NCBI GenBank assembly: GCA_964511625.1
Contig: CAZEJG010000006.1
Coordinates: 47,897 to 111,896 of the forward strand
DNA: 64,000 nt
Origin: an uncultured Hoeflea sp.
Lineage (GTDB): Bacteria > Pseudomonadota > Alphaproteobacteria > Rhizobiales > Rhizobiaceae
Reading direction: 5' to 3'
Part shown: piece by piece, positions 16,433 to 25,846 of the stretch
Layout: each line of letters opens with the position of its first letter
How positions within the stretch are numbered: the first letter of the stretch is position 1
Notes under the pieces: generated by a model
Databases searched by the model: none
Seen by the model: only the letters and a program-made list of their open reading frames with translations
Told to the model about the DNA's origin: nothing
Made by a program: the position numbers and the translations under genes

Positions 16433-18622
16433 ATGGTTACGGTGGAACTGGCAGACGGCGGCGAGGGCTATACCACGCGCGGTGGCATCGAGGTGACGCG
16501 TCGGCGCAGGCCGACCACGTATGGCGAGGCGATCTCGGGCTATATCGACAAGCTCGATTCCCGCCGTGGCGCGGTGTTCTCCTCCAACTACGAATATCCG
16601 GGCCGCTATACCCGCTGGGACACGGCGATCGTCGATCCGCCGCTCGGCGTCATCTCGCGGGACCGGACCGTGCGCGTGGAAGCCTACAACGAGCGCGGCA
16701 AGGCCCTGGTGGCCATGATCGCGCCGCGGCTCGACGGCCATGCGGAATTCTCGGTGACCTCCGCTTCGGACGAGCTGATCGAGATCGCCGTGGCGACGCC
16801 GGAACGGACATTTGCCGAGGAGGAGCGCTCCAAGGCGCCGACGGTGTTTTCCGTCCTTCGCGTGATAAGCGACCTGTTTCATTCCGCCGAAGACGGCAAT
16901 ATCGGCCTCTACGGCGCCTTCGGCTACGATCTCACCTTCCAGTTCGATCCGGTGCCGTTCAAGCTGGAGCGTCCGGAAGACCAGCGCGACATGGTGCTCT
17001 ATCTGCCGGATGAGATCCTGGTGGTCGACCACTATTCGGCCAAGGCCTGGATCGATCGCTACGATTTCGCGCTCGGGGACATCACGACGGAGGGCAAGTC
17101 CGGCGAGATTCCGGCCGAGCCCTTCAAGTCCTCGGAGACGATCCCGCCGCGCGGCGACCACAAGCCCGGCGAATATGCCGAACTGGTGCGCAAGGCCAAG
17201 GAGAGCTTCCAGCGCGGCGACCTGTTCGAGGTCGTTCCCGGCCAGACCTTCTTCGAGCGTTGCGAGAGCAAGCCGTCGGAGATTTCACGACGGCTCAAGA
17301 CCATCAATCCGTCGCCCTATTCCTTCTTCATCAATCTCGGCAACCAGGAATATCTCGTCGGCGCATCGCCCGAGATGTTCGTGCGCGTCAACGGCCGCCG
17401 GGTGGAAACCTGCCCGATCTCCGGTACCATCAAGCGCGGCGATGACGCGATCTCGGATTCCGAGCAGATCCTGAAGCTTCTGAATTCCAAGAAGGATGAG
17501 TCCGAACTCACCATGTGCTCGGATGTCGACCGCAACGACAAGAGCCGGGTCTGCGAGCCGGGCTCGGTCAAGGTGATCGGCCGTCGGCAGATCGAGATGT
17601 ATTCGCGGCTTATCCACACGGTCGACCATATCGAGGGCCGGTTGCGCGACGGCATGGACGCCTTCGACGCGTTCCTGTCGCACACGTGGGCGGTGACCGT
17701 GACCGGCGCGCCGAAGCTCTGGGCCATGCGTTTTCTCGAAAACCACGAGAAGAGCCCGCGCGCCTGGTATGGCGGTGCGGTCGGCATGGTCAATTTCAAC
17801 GGCGACATGAACACCGGACTGACGCTCAGGACGATCCGCATCAAGGACGGCGTGGCGGAAGTGCGCGCCGGTGCGACATTGCTGTTCGATTCCGTCCCCG
17901 AGGACGAGGAAGCCGAAACCGAACTGAAGGCCTCGGCCATGTTGTCCGCCATCCGCGATGCCAAGCTCGGCAATTCGTCGGCGTCCGGACGCGATGCCTC
18001 GAAGGTGGGCGAGGGGGTGCGCATCCTGCTCGTCGACCACGAGGACAGTTTCGTCCATACGCTGGCCAATTATTTCCGTCAGACCGGGGCCGAGGTGACG
18101 ACCGTGCGCTCGCCGGTAGCCGACGAGGTCTATGACCGCGTCAATCCGGATCTCGTGGTGCTGTCGCCCGGACCGGGGTCCCCCAAGGACTTCGATACCA
18201 ACGCCACCATCAAGGCGGCCAAGAAGCGCGACCTGCCGATGTTCGGTGTCTGTCTCGGCCTTCAGGCGCTGGCCGAGAGTTTCGGCGGCGACCTCAGGCA
18301 GCTGGCGATCCCGATGCACGGCAAGCCCTCGCGCATCAAGGTGTCGCGCAACGGCGTGATCTTCTCAGGTCTGCCGCTGGAAGTCACGGTCGGCCGTTAT
18401 CATTCCATATTCGCCGACTATTCGACCCTTCCGAAGGAGTTCCGCGTCACCGCAGAGACCGACGACGGGGTGATCATGGCGATCGAGCACGAAAAACTGC
18501 CCATCGCGGCAGTGCAATTCCACCCCGAATCGATCATGACGCTCGGCCAGGACGCCGGCATGCGGATGATCGAGAACGTGGTCGCGCATCTGGCGCGGCG
18601 TGCAAAGGAGCGCGCCGCCTGA
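16433..18622 (+). CDS. trpE: Anthranilate synthase, fused component I/II (TrpE-TrpG fusion)
   Basis: 729 aa from ATG 16433, with GGAGGG upstream. The N-terminal part is a chorismate-binding TrpE domain. The C-terminal part is a class I glutamine amidotransferase ([13 protein letters not shown]). The fused architecture is typical of rhizobia. Confidence 0.95.
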   Translation: MVTVELADGGEGYTTRGGIEVTRRRRPTTYGEAISGYIDKLDSRRGAVFSSNYEYPGRYTRWDTAIVDPPLGVISRDRTVRVEAYNERGKALVAMIAPRLDGHAEFSVTSASDELIEIAVATPERTFAEEERSKAPTVFSVLRVISDLFHSAEDGNIGLYGAFGYDLTFQFDPVPFKLERPEDQRDMVLYLPDEILVVDHYSAKAWIDRYDFALGDITTEGKSGEIPAEPFKSSETIPPRGDHKPGEYAELVRKAKESFQRGDLFEVVPGQTFFERCESKPSEISRRLKTINPSPYSFFINLGNQEYLVGASPEMFVRVNGRRVETCPISGTIKRGDDAISDSEQILKLLNSKKDESELTMCSDVDRNDKSRVCEPGSVKVIGRRQIEMYSRLIHTVDHIEGRLRDGMDAFDAFLSHTWAVTVTGAPKLWAMRFLENHEKSPRAWYGGAVGMVNFNGDMNTGLTLRTIRIKDGVAEVRAGATLLFDSVPEDEEAETELKASAMLSAIRDAKLGNSSASGRDASKVGEGVRILLVDHEDSFVHTLANYFRQTGAEVTTVRSPVADEVYDRVNPDLVVLSPGPGSPKDFDTNATIKAAKKRDLPMFGVCLGLQALAESFGGDLRQLAIPMHGKPSRIKVSRNGVIFSGLPLEVTVGRYHSIFADYSTLPKEFRVTAETDDGVIMAIEHEKLPIAAVQFHPESIMTLGQDAGMRMIENVVAHLARRAKERAA

Positions 18623-18647
18623 TCTGCCACAGGCAGGGAGAGACGAG

Positions 18648-19022
18648 ATGGTCAGGTGGATGCGAGGGATCAGGGATGCCGAACCCGCGGGCATCCGTGT
18701 CGCTGCCCTGTCTGCGGTCATTCTGGTTGGCTCGGTGACGACAGGTGCAGTGTGCGCACAGGATGCTGCCGTCGAAGAGGGGCAGGCGCTGGTCGAGCTC
18801 AATTGCTCGAAGTGTCATGCGGTCGGGCGTCGGGATGCGAGCCCGCACCCGCAGGCTCCGGCTTTCCGCTCGCTTTCGCAACGCTACCCGCTCGATGCGC
18901 TGGAAGAGGCATTTGCCTCGGGGCACATCACCTCGGCGCATCCTGACATGCCTGATTTCGTCGCGCGTCCCGACCAGGTCGACGCCATCCTGACCTATAT
19001 CGGTTCGATCCAGGAGGACTGA
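18648..19022 (+). CDS. Small periplasmic c-type cytochrome
   Basis: A signal-peptide-like N-terminus, a CSKCH heme-binding motif and a candidate Met ligand in HPDMPDF. AGGGAGA lies upstream of ATG 18648. It starts 25 nt after the trpE(G) stop. Confidence 0.8.
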   Translation: MVRWMRGIRDAEPAGIRVAALSAVILVGSVTTGAVCAQDAAVEEGQALVELNCSKCHAVGRRDASPHPQAPAFRSLSQRYPLDALEEAFASGHITSAHPDMPDFVARPDQVDAILTYIGSIQED

Positions 19023-19025
19023 CGC

Positions 19026-19922
19026 GTGACACAAGGGGGCTCCACGGTTCGGAAGCTTGCCTTCTGGACGATCCCGCTGGCTTTTGTCGTGTTCGGGCTG
19101 AAGCTGGGCGCCTGGTACATGACCGGCTCGGTCGCGCTTCTCTCGGATGCGCTCGAATCCATCGTCAACGTGATTGCTGCCCTGGTCGCTTTCTTCGTGA
19201 TCGGCTATGCGCACAAACCGGCGGACGAGGGCCATCCTTACGGACATTCCAAGGCGGAGTATTTCTCCGCTGTCGTCGAGGGCGTTCTGATCGCGCTCGC
19301 TGCCCTGATGATCGTCAACGAAGCCTGGCCGGCCATTCTCGATCCGCAGCCGATCGATGCACCGGTCAGCGGCCTTGCAGTGAACGGTCTCGCGGCGGCG
19401 ATCAACGGTGTCTGGGCCATGATCCTGATCCGCAATGGTCGCTCGCATCGCTCGCCGGCGCTGGAGGCCGACGGCCATCACATCTTCTCCGACGTGGTGA
19501 CGTCGGGCGGTGTCATTCTCGGCCTCGTTCTGGCGATCGCCCTCGAACTGCCGATCCTCGACCCTCTGCTGGCGCTGATCGTCGCCTGCAATGTGCTGTG
19601 GCAGGGCTGGAAGGTGATCAGCTCCTCGATCGACGGGTTGATGGACCGGGCCATCGATCCGCTGGAAGAGGGCCGCATCCGCGATGTGATCGCGGCCAAT
19701 GCGACCGGCGCCATCGAGGCGCACGACATCAAGTCGCGGGTGGCCGGAGCGGTGCGCTTCGTCGAATTCCATCTGGTGGTCGACGGTCAGATGACGGTGG
19801 AGGAAAGCCACGAGATCTGCGACCGGCTGGAAGGGGTGATCAAGCGCGAAGTGCCGGGTGTCTCGGTCACCATCCACGTCGAACCGGCTTACAAGGCGAA
19901 GGACGAGGGCGTGGTTCTCTAA
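19026..19922 (+). CDS. Cation diffusion facilitator (CDF) family divalent metal efflux transporter
   Basis: GTG start 4 nt after the cytochrome c stop. Motifs are LLSDALESIVNV and HPYGHSKAEYFSA, with six TM helices and a cytoplasmic C-terminal domain. Confidence 0.9.
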   Translation: MTQGGSTVRKLAFWTIPLAFVVFGLKLGAWYMTGSVALLSDALESIVNVIAALVAFFVIGYAHKPADEGHPYGHSKAEYFSAVVEGVLIALAALMIVNEAWPAILDPQPIDAPVSGLAVNGLAAAINGVWAMILIRNGRSHRSPALEADGHHIFSDVVTSGGVILGLVLAIALELPILDPLLALIVACNVLWQGWKVISSSIDGLMDRAIDPLEEGRIRDVIAANATGAIEAHDIKSRVAGAVRFVEFHLVVDGQMTVEESHEICDRLEGVIKREVPGVSVTIHVEPAYKAKDEGVVL

Positions 19923-20208
19923 ATGCCGGAACGGCTTCGCCTTGACATTGACGCGTTTGTCAGGCTTATGCACATCAACCGGATGGGGGCCTCTCGGCCG
20001 CACTCGTGCGTAAGGACCAGTCAATGAGGACTGGCGGCGCGAACTGACTCCCCCTTTTCCCCTCGAAGAATTCACGTGCATCCGGCGGCGATGCACCGAA
20101 CCAGACACCCCGATGCGCATGTCGCGCACCGGGAGACACTCCGTTGCGGATCGCGCCGGAGGCCTCGTTCGTCGTTGTGCCCCGCTATCCGCCGAAAGAA
20201 AGAACCAA

Positions 20209-21624
20209 ATGAAATTTGAACAACTCGGTCTCTCCCAGCCGATCCTCGAAGCGCTGACCGCCCTTTCGATCACCGATCCGACCCCGATCCAGCTTGCCGC
20301 CATTCCGGCGGCACTGAAGGGCAACGACGTGGTGGGCCTCGCTCAGACCGGTACCGGCAAGACCGCCGCCTTCTCGCTTCCGCTGATCGAGAAGATCGTC
20401 GCCAGCGGCCGCCGTCCGGGGCCGCGCAAGGTGCACGCGCTCATCCTGTCGCCAACCCGCGAACTCGCTTCGCAGATCCACAAGTCGATCCGCGACTTCT
20501 CCCGCCGGGTGAAGCTGCGCAGCGTCCTGGCCGTCGGCGGCCTGTCCATCAACACCCAGACCAAGAACCTTTCGGGCGGTGCCGAAATCCTCATCGCCAC
20601 CCCGGGCCGGCTCGAGGACCTGATCCGTCAGGGCGCCGTTTCGCTCGACGAGGCGCGTTTCGTGGTACTCGACGAAGCCGACCAGATGCTCGACATCGGC
20701 TTCATGCCGGCGATCCGCCGCGTGTTCGGCCATCTGCCAGCCAAGCGTCAGGCGATGCTGTTCTCGGCCACCATGCCCGACGAGATCCGCAAGCTTGCGG
20801 CCCGCTACCTCAACGATCCGGTCGAAGTGTCCGTGACGCCTGCTGCCCGTACCGCCGACCGCATCGAACAGGGCGTCATGCACGTCTCGAGCAGGTCGAA
20901 GCCGAACGCACTCGCTGCGGTCATCAACGAGCACGAGGGCGACAAGGTCATCGTCTTCGCCCGCACCAAGCATGGTGCCGACAAGCTGGTGCGCCGTCTC
21001 GGCGCTGGCGGCATCGAAGCTGCTGCCATCCACGGCAACAAGTCGCAGGGTCAGCGCGAGAAGGCGCTCGCGCGCTTCCGCGACGGCTCGCTGCATGTGC
21101 TGGTCGCCACCGACATCGCCGCGCGCGGCATCGACGTTCCGGGTGTCACGCTGGTCATCAACCACGACCTGCCGAACGTGCCGGAAGTCTACGTCCACCG
21201 CATCGGCCGCACGGCACGTGCCGGCGCCGCCGGCCTGGCAATCGCCTTCTGCGCGCCCGACGAGCGTCCGCTGCTGCGCGACATCGAGAAGCTGATCAAG
21301 ATTTCGGTCCCCGTTCTGCCGACGCCGGAAGGTATCGAGACAGCTGCAGAACCCGCCGAGCAGGCCCCGCAGGAAAACCAGCGCCGCGGTCATCGCGGCT
21401 GGTCCGGCAAGGGCGGCCCCGGTGGTCAGAAGGCCGGCGGCCAGAAGCGCCGTCGTCCCCGCAACGCCGCTCCCGGCGGTCGTCCCGAAGGCGGTCGCGC
21501 CGAGGGTGCTTCGGCGGAAGGTCAAGCCCGTCCGGACGGCAAGCGTCCGTTCCGCTCCAAGCGCCGGAAGTCCGGCGGCGGTAACGGCCAGCGCAATGGC
21601 GGTGCCCAGCGCGCCACCGGCTAA
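20209..21624 (+). CDS. DEAD-box ATP-dependent RNA helicase (RhlE-like) with an Arg/Gly-rich C-terminal tail
   Basis: Q-motif region, AQTGTGKTAAF, VLDEADQML, SAT and HRIGRTARAG. The tail is rich in RRG/GGQ repeats. The family N-terminus MKFEQLGL supports ATG 20209. Confidence 0.9.
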   Translation: MKFEQLGLSQPILEALTALSITDPTPIQLAAIPAALKGNDVVGLAQTGTGKTAAFSLPLIEKIVASGRRPGPRKVHALILSPTRELASQIHKSIRDFSRRVKLRSVLAVGGLSINTQTKNLSGGAEILIATPGRLEDLIRQGAVSLDEARFVVLDEADQMLDIGFMPAIRRVFGHLPAKRQAMLFSATMPDEIRKLAARYLNDPVEVSVTPAARTADRIEQGVMHVSSRSKPNALAAVINEHEGDKVIVFARTKHGADKLVRRLGAGGIEAAAIHGNKSQGQREKALARFRDGSLHVLVATDIAARGIDVPGVTLVINHDLPNVPEVYVHRIGRTARAGAAGLAIAFCAPDERPLLRDIEKLIKISVPVLPTPEGIETAAEPAEQAPQENQRRGHRGWSGKGGPGGQKAGGQKRRRPRNAAPGGRPEGGRAEGASAEGQARPDGKRPFRSKRRKSGGGNGQRNGGAQRATG

Positions 21625-21644
21625 GCGCGAACGCCGGCGACAAA

Positions 21645-21680
21645 CAGAAAGGGCTCCCCGGCATCCGGGGAGCCTTTTTC
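21645..21680. terminator. Bidirectional rho-independent terminator between convergent genes
   Basis: AGAAAGGGCTCCCCGG-cat-CCGGGGAGCCTTTTTC. The 10-11 bp stem is perfect. Confidence 0.85.
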
Positions 21681-21700
21681 ATTGGTGGACTGTTTCGGGT

Positions 21701-22492
21701 TCAGAGGCCGGCGAGCCACCGACCGCCCATCCACATGCCCATCGCGATCATCATCAGGTTCTCGGTGAGCGAGATGAACCCCAGCGGCACGCTGGACGAA
21801 CCGCCGACGCAGGCGCATTTGAGTTCGCGCTTGTCGATATAGACGGCCTTGAAGACTGATGCAGCGCCCACGGTACCGATAAACAGCGCAACAGGCGCGG
21901 ACAGCCAGGTCAGCGCACCGGCAATCATCAGCACGCCTGCCAAAGTCTCGGCGTAAGGGTAGACGTAGGCGTATTCGACCCTCCTGCGGGCCAGTAGATC
22001 GTAGTTGAGAAACATGGTCGAGAAGCTTTCGACATCCTGCAGTTTCTGGATGCCGAGAAGCGTCATGGCGATGGCGATGAACCATTCGAAGGTGCGGACG
22101 GTCAGAAGCTCGTCGGTCGCGGCCCAGGCGACGGCGAGCGCCATTAACGCGGCAACCGCGAAAATCGCGATGACCGGCTGATAGGTCGTGTCGCCTTCCT
22201 TCAGCACGTTCTGACCGAAAAACGCGCGAAGATCGTCGTAGCCGCCGATCCGCTTGCCGTCGATGAAGGTCTGCGGCGTCGTCTTCACGCCGTGCTCTTC
22301 CTTGAAGGCGTCGGTCTCCTCGCGCGTCTCGAGCCAGTGGTCGTCGACCTCGTATCCCTTGCGCTCGAGCAAGGCCTTTGTCTTGAGCCCGTAGGGGCAG
22401 ATGTGGTCCGGCATCACCATGCGGTAGAGGGTGGCGGTCTTGGCCACCGATGCTTCCCGAGGCCGGTTCTGCGTTTCCTCGAAAGTGGTCAT
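21701..22492 (-). CDS. Glutaredoxin-like domain fused to a MauE/DoxX-type redox-associated membrane domain
   Basis: The N-terminal Grx fold carries CPYG (DHICPYGLK ... TTPQTFIDGKRIGGYDDL). It is followed by 4-5 TM helices with KCACVGG near the C-terminus. GGAGAA lies upstream of ATG 22492. Confidence 0.8.
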   Translation of the reverse strand: MTTFEETQNRPREASVAKTATLYRMVMPDHICPYGLKTKALLERKGYEVDDHWLETREETDAFKEEHGVKTTPQTFIDGKRIGGYDDLRAFFGQNVLKEGDTTYQPVIAIFAVAALMALAVAWAATDELLTVRTFEWFIAIAMTLLGIQKLQDVESFSTMFLNYDLLARRRVEYAYVYPYAETLAGVLMIAGALTWLSAPVALFIGTVGAASVFKAVYIDKRELKCACVGGSSSVPLGFISLTENLMMIAMGMWMGGRWLAGL

Positions 22493-22686
22493 GTCAAGTT
22501 CTCCCTTCCGTTCGAGGAGTAACAGCCTCCACCTGCTTCGGGTTCCAGATGGAGTGGCCATGCTGCGTGGTGCGGCCGGTGTCTGTACGCTGCATTTCAA
22601 TTTTGTTAGATATGTCAAAGTTAATGGCGCCCCGGCGCCCGGATGGTAGGATGAGATACGCAATTCTGCGTATGGAGGTGCTCGCT

Positions 22687-23751
22687 ATGGCCGCTCACGG
22701 CCTGTCCTTCCTGAACGGAAGCGGCACCAGTGCCAACAAGATCCGTTCACTGAACTGGGACAAAACCGAACTCGGACCGCCGGCCGGATGGCCCGCGTCG
22801 CTGAAGACGATCGTCAGTTTGATGCTGGCGTCGAAGTTTCCCAAGGCGATCGTCTGGGGACCCTCGCTGACGACGCTGTACAATGACGCGTTCGCGCCCA
22901 TTCTCGGTGAGAAGCCGGAGGCCATGGGGCGGCCGTTCAGCGAGGTCTGGTCGGAAGTCTGGGACCAGATCGGTCCCTTGACCGAGAAAGCCTACCAGGG
23001 CCATTCGACCTATATCGAGAACTTCGCCCTGACCATCAATCGGCATGGCTATGACGAGGATTGCAACTTCACCTTCTGCTACAGCCCGATTTTCGACGAG
23101 ACCGGAAACATCTGCGGGATGATGGATACGGTGATGGAGACGACCGAAACGGTGATGGTGCAGCGCCAGGTCTCGGCGGTGAATGCCGAACTGAGGCATC
23201 GCATGGGCAACCTCGTTGCCATGGTCTCGGCGCTTGCCGGCCAAACCTTCCGTGGCGAGCCCGGCATGGCCGAGAAGTTGTCGGTCTTTCAGCAGCGGCT
23301 GAAGGCGCTTGGTGACGCTCAGGCGATGCTGACTGCCGAAGACCATCCCGAGGCGACGATCAGCGAACTGGTCGAAAACATTGTCGGCATACGAGTCACA
23401 GACCGGAAGCGTATCGTCGCAGAGGGACCGGTCATCGCCATTCGCGGGCGAAAGGCGCTCTCCTTGTCGCTGGCGCTCAACGAGCTCTTCACCAATTCGA
23501 TCAAGTACGGTGCGCTGTCGGACGATGCCGGCCGGATCGACATCCGCTGGGGTTTGGACGATACACAGTTCTCGTTCCGCTGGATGGAGAGCGGCGGTCC
23601 CGCGGTGGTCGCCCCGACCCGGCAGGGGTTCGGCACAAAGCTGATCGAACGCTTTGTGGCGGCCCATTTCGAGGGCAACGCAAAGATCGACTATCTGCCG
23701 GAAGGCTTGCAGTACCAAATCCTCTCCAACGCTTCTCGCCTCAATCTCTGA
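22687..23751 (+). CDS. HWE/HisKA_2-type sensor histidine kinase with an N-terminal PAS domain; no adjacent response regulator
   Basis: The H-box is AELRHRMGNLVAMVSAL, with a PAS-like N-terminal region and an ATPase domain (ELFTNSIKYGAL, GFGTKLIE). GGAGG lies 8 nt before ATG 22687. Confidence 0.85.
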   Translation: MAAHGLSFLNGSGTSANKIRSLNWDKTELGPPAGWPASLKTIVSLMLASKFPKAIVWGPSLTTLYNDAFAPILGEKPEAMGRPFSEVWSEVWDQIGPLTEKAYQGHSTYIENFALTINRHGYDEDCNFTFCYSPIFDETGNICGMMDTVMETTETVMVQRQVSAVNAELRHRMGNLVAMVSALAGQTFRGEPGMAEKLSVFQQRLKALGDAQAMLTAEDHPEATISELVENIVGIRVTDRKRIVAEGPVIAIRGRKALSLSLALNELFTNSIKYGALSDDAGRIDIRWGLDDTQFSFRWMESGGPAVVAPTRQGFGTKLIERFVAAHFEGNAKIDYLPEGLQYQILSNASRLNL

Positions 23752-23812
23752 CAGATTCGGGGGTCAAGCGATCCTGCTTGCCTTGCCGCGTTCTCTGGAG
23801 TAAAGGGAGCGC

Positions 23813-23932
23813 ATGAACAAGTCCGCCTTCACCACAGCCCTGATCGACGCCGCCGTTTTCGCGGCGCGTTCGCGTGCGCTTCTCGGCGGCCTCCTTCTTC
23901 TTTCGCTTAGCGGCGATCGCCGGGCTCGTTGA
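23813..23932 (+). CDS. Candidate leucine-rich leader peptide upstream of leuA (39 aa)
   Basis: GGGAG lies 5 nt upstream of the ATG. Residues 23-32 are L-L-G-G-L-L-L-L-S-L, i.e. 7 Leu in 10 codons, 5 of them CTT. Alternative hairpins follow. The ORF is not in the track because it is shorter than 60 aa. Confidence 0.5.
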   Translation: MNKSAFTTALIDAAVFAARSRALLGGLLLLSLSGDRRAR

Positions 23933-24063
23933 GGAGCGACCGGCGGTCGATCCGCCTTTCGCGCAAGCTCCTCCCAAGCCAGATCACCCAAACTTGACTA
24001 CACAGTCGAAATCCGGTTTCAGCAGGCCTCAGTCGCCGCGCCGGAGCGAAAGCGAGAGATACG

Positions 24064-25785
24064 ATGGACACCAGATCCAACCAGAACCGATCGGCCGTGC
24101 CGGGCATGCCGGACGCTTCCCGTAAATACCGTCCCTATCCGCAGGTCGACATTCCCGACCGCACATGGCCGGGCAAGACTATCGATACAGCGCCGATCTG
24201 GTGCTCGGTCGATCTGCGCGACGGCAATCAGTCGCTGGTCAATCCGATGGGCCACGACCGCAAGGCGCGCATGTTCCAGCTGCTCCTGGACATGGGCTTC
24301 AAGGAAATTGAGATCGGTTTTCCCTCCGCATCCCAGACGGATTTCGACTTTGCGCGCTGGTGCGTCGAAGAGGGCAACGTACCTGCCGACGTGTCGTTGC
24401 AGGTGCTGGTCCAGTGCCGGCCGGAACTGATCACCCGGACCTTCGAATCACTGGAAGGTTCGATCAAGCCGATCATCCACTTCTACAATTCGACCTCGGA
24501 ACTGCAGCGGCGCGTCGTCTTCAACAAGGATGTGGCGGGCATCAAGCAGATCGCGGTCGATGCGGCCAAGATGATCACCGACATGGCCGAGAAAGCCGGC
24601 GGCGGCTATCGCTTCCAGTATTCCCCGGAGAGCTTTACCGGAACCGAACTGGACGTGGCGCTCGAGATCTGCAACGCGGTGATCGAGGAAGTGAAGCCGA
24701 CGGCCGACAACAAGCTGATCATCAACCTGCCGTCGACCGTCGAAATGGCCACTCCCAACGTCTATGCCGACCAGATCGAGTGGATGTGCCGCAACATCGA
24801 CAACCGTGAGAACGTGATCATTTCGTTGCATCCGCACAATGACCGGGGTACCGGCATCGCGGCCACCGAACTGGGCCTGATGGCAGGAGCCGACCGTGTC
24901 GAGGGCACCCTTTTCGGCAATGGCGAACGCACCGGCAATGTCGACGTCGTGACGCTGGCGCTGAACATGTACACGCAGGGCGTCGATCCCAAGCTCGACT
25001 GCACCGAGATCGAGCGGATCAAGGACGTCTACGAATATTCCAACCAGATGGTGATCCCGGAGCGGCATCCTTACGTGGGCGAACTGGTCTACACCGCGTT
25101 TTCGGGCTCGCACCAGGATGCGATCAACAAGGGCATGAAGGCGATTAAGGTCGCCAACGATCCGCATTGGGAGGTGCCTTACCTGCCGATCGATCCGCGC
25201 GATGTCGGCCGCACCTACGAGGCGATCATCCGCATCAACTCGCAGTCGGGCAAGGGCGGCATCGCCTATATCCTCAACCAGGACTACGGGCTGAACCTGC
25301 CGCGTGGGCTGCAGGTGGAGTTCCGCGAGGATATCCAGCGGATCACCGACGAGGAAGGCAAGGAACTGCCGTCGAAGGCGATCTACGACCGCTTCATCGA
25401 GCGCTATGTCGACCAGCCCGGCGCGCGCCTGCAGTTCGTCGAACACCACTCCCATACCGACAAGGCCAACAAGCAGGTCCGCTACGTCGAGGCCGAAATC
25501 ACCGACAATGGCGAGACCAGGCGCATCGACGGCAAGGGCACCGGTCCGATCGACGGGTTCGTCAACGCGCTGTCGAGCTATCTCGGTTTCGAAATGACCG
25601 TTGCCAACTATTCCGAGCACTCGCTGCAGCACGGGTCCAACGCGGCGGCCATCTGCTACATGGAGATGGAGAGCCCGGCCGGGAAGGTCTACGGCGTCGG
25701 CATCAACACCAACATCGTTGCCGCCTCGCTCGCCGCCGTGGTCTCCGCCGCCAACCGCTATCTCGAGCTCCAGGCCAACGCCTGA
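24064..25785 (+). CDS. leuA: 2-isopropylmalate synthase (long, actinobacterial/LeuA2-type)
   Basis: 573 aa. IWCSVDLRDGNQS, the HMGL-like TIM barrel (HPHNDRGTG) and a C-terminal LeuA dimerisation/regulatory domain are present. Confidence 0.95.
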   Translation: MDTRSNQNRSAVPGMPDASRKYRPYPQVDIPDRTWPGKTIDTAPIWCSVDLRDGNQSLVNPMGHDRKARMFQLLLDMGFKEIEIGFPSASQTDFDFARWCVEEGNVPADVSLQVLVQCRPELITRTFESLEGSIKPIIHFYNSTSELQRRVVFNKDVAGIKQIAVDAAKMITDMAEKAGGGYRFQYSPESFTGTELDVALEICNAVIEEVKPTADNKLIINLPSTVEMATPNVYADQIEWMCRNIDNRENVIISLHPHNDRGTGIAATELGLMAGADRVEGTLFGNGERTGNVDVVTLALNMYTQGVDPKLDCTEIERIKDVYEYSNQMVIPERHPYVGELVYTAFSGSHQDAINKGMKAIKVANDPHWEVPYLPIDPRDVGRTYEAIIRINSQSGKGGIAYILNQDYGLNLPRGLQVEFREDIQRITDEEGKELPSKAIYDRFIERYVDQPGARLQFVEHHSHTDKANKQVRYVEAEITDNGETRRIDGKGTGPIDGFVNALSSYLGFEMTVANYSEHSLQHGSNAAAICYMEMESPAGKVYGVGINTNIVAASLAAVVSAANRYLELQANA

Positions 25786-25800
25786 TCGATCGACCTTCGG

Positions 25801-25834
25801 CGCCCGGGGTTCTGCTCCGGGCGTCTTTCGTTTC
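25801..25834 (+). terminator. Rho-independent terminator after leuA
   Basis: CGCCCGG (25801-25807) pairs with CCGGGCG (25817-25823), followed by TCTTTCGTTTC. Confidence 0.7.
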
Positions 25835-25846
25835 AGGGAGGCGAGC

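Noticed and set aside
18534-20324. 596-aa minus-strand ORF covering the cytochrome c gene, the CDF gene and the helicase leader; similarly 20185-21525 on the minus strand opposite the DEAD-box helicase.
   Set aside because: It crosses two well-supported + strand genes and an intergenic region. The composition is Arg-rich and low-complexity, with no motifs.
23741-23991. Minus-strand ORFs (23741-23977, 23764-23991) and + ORF 23874-24125 in the leuA upstream region.
   Set aside because: They have Arg/Ala/Pro-rich composition and no SD. They overlap the better-supported Leu-rich leader ORF and its hairpins. I treat the region as a regulatory leader.
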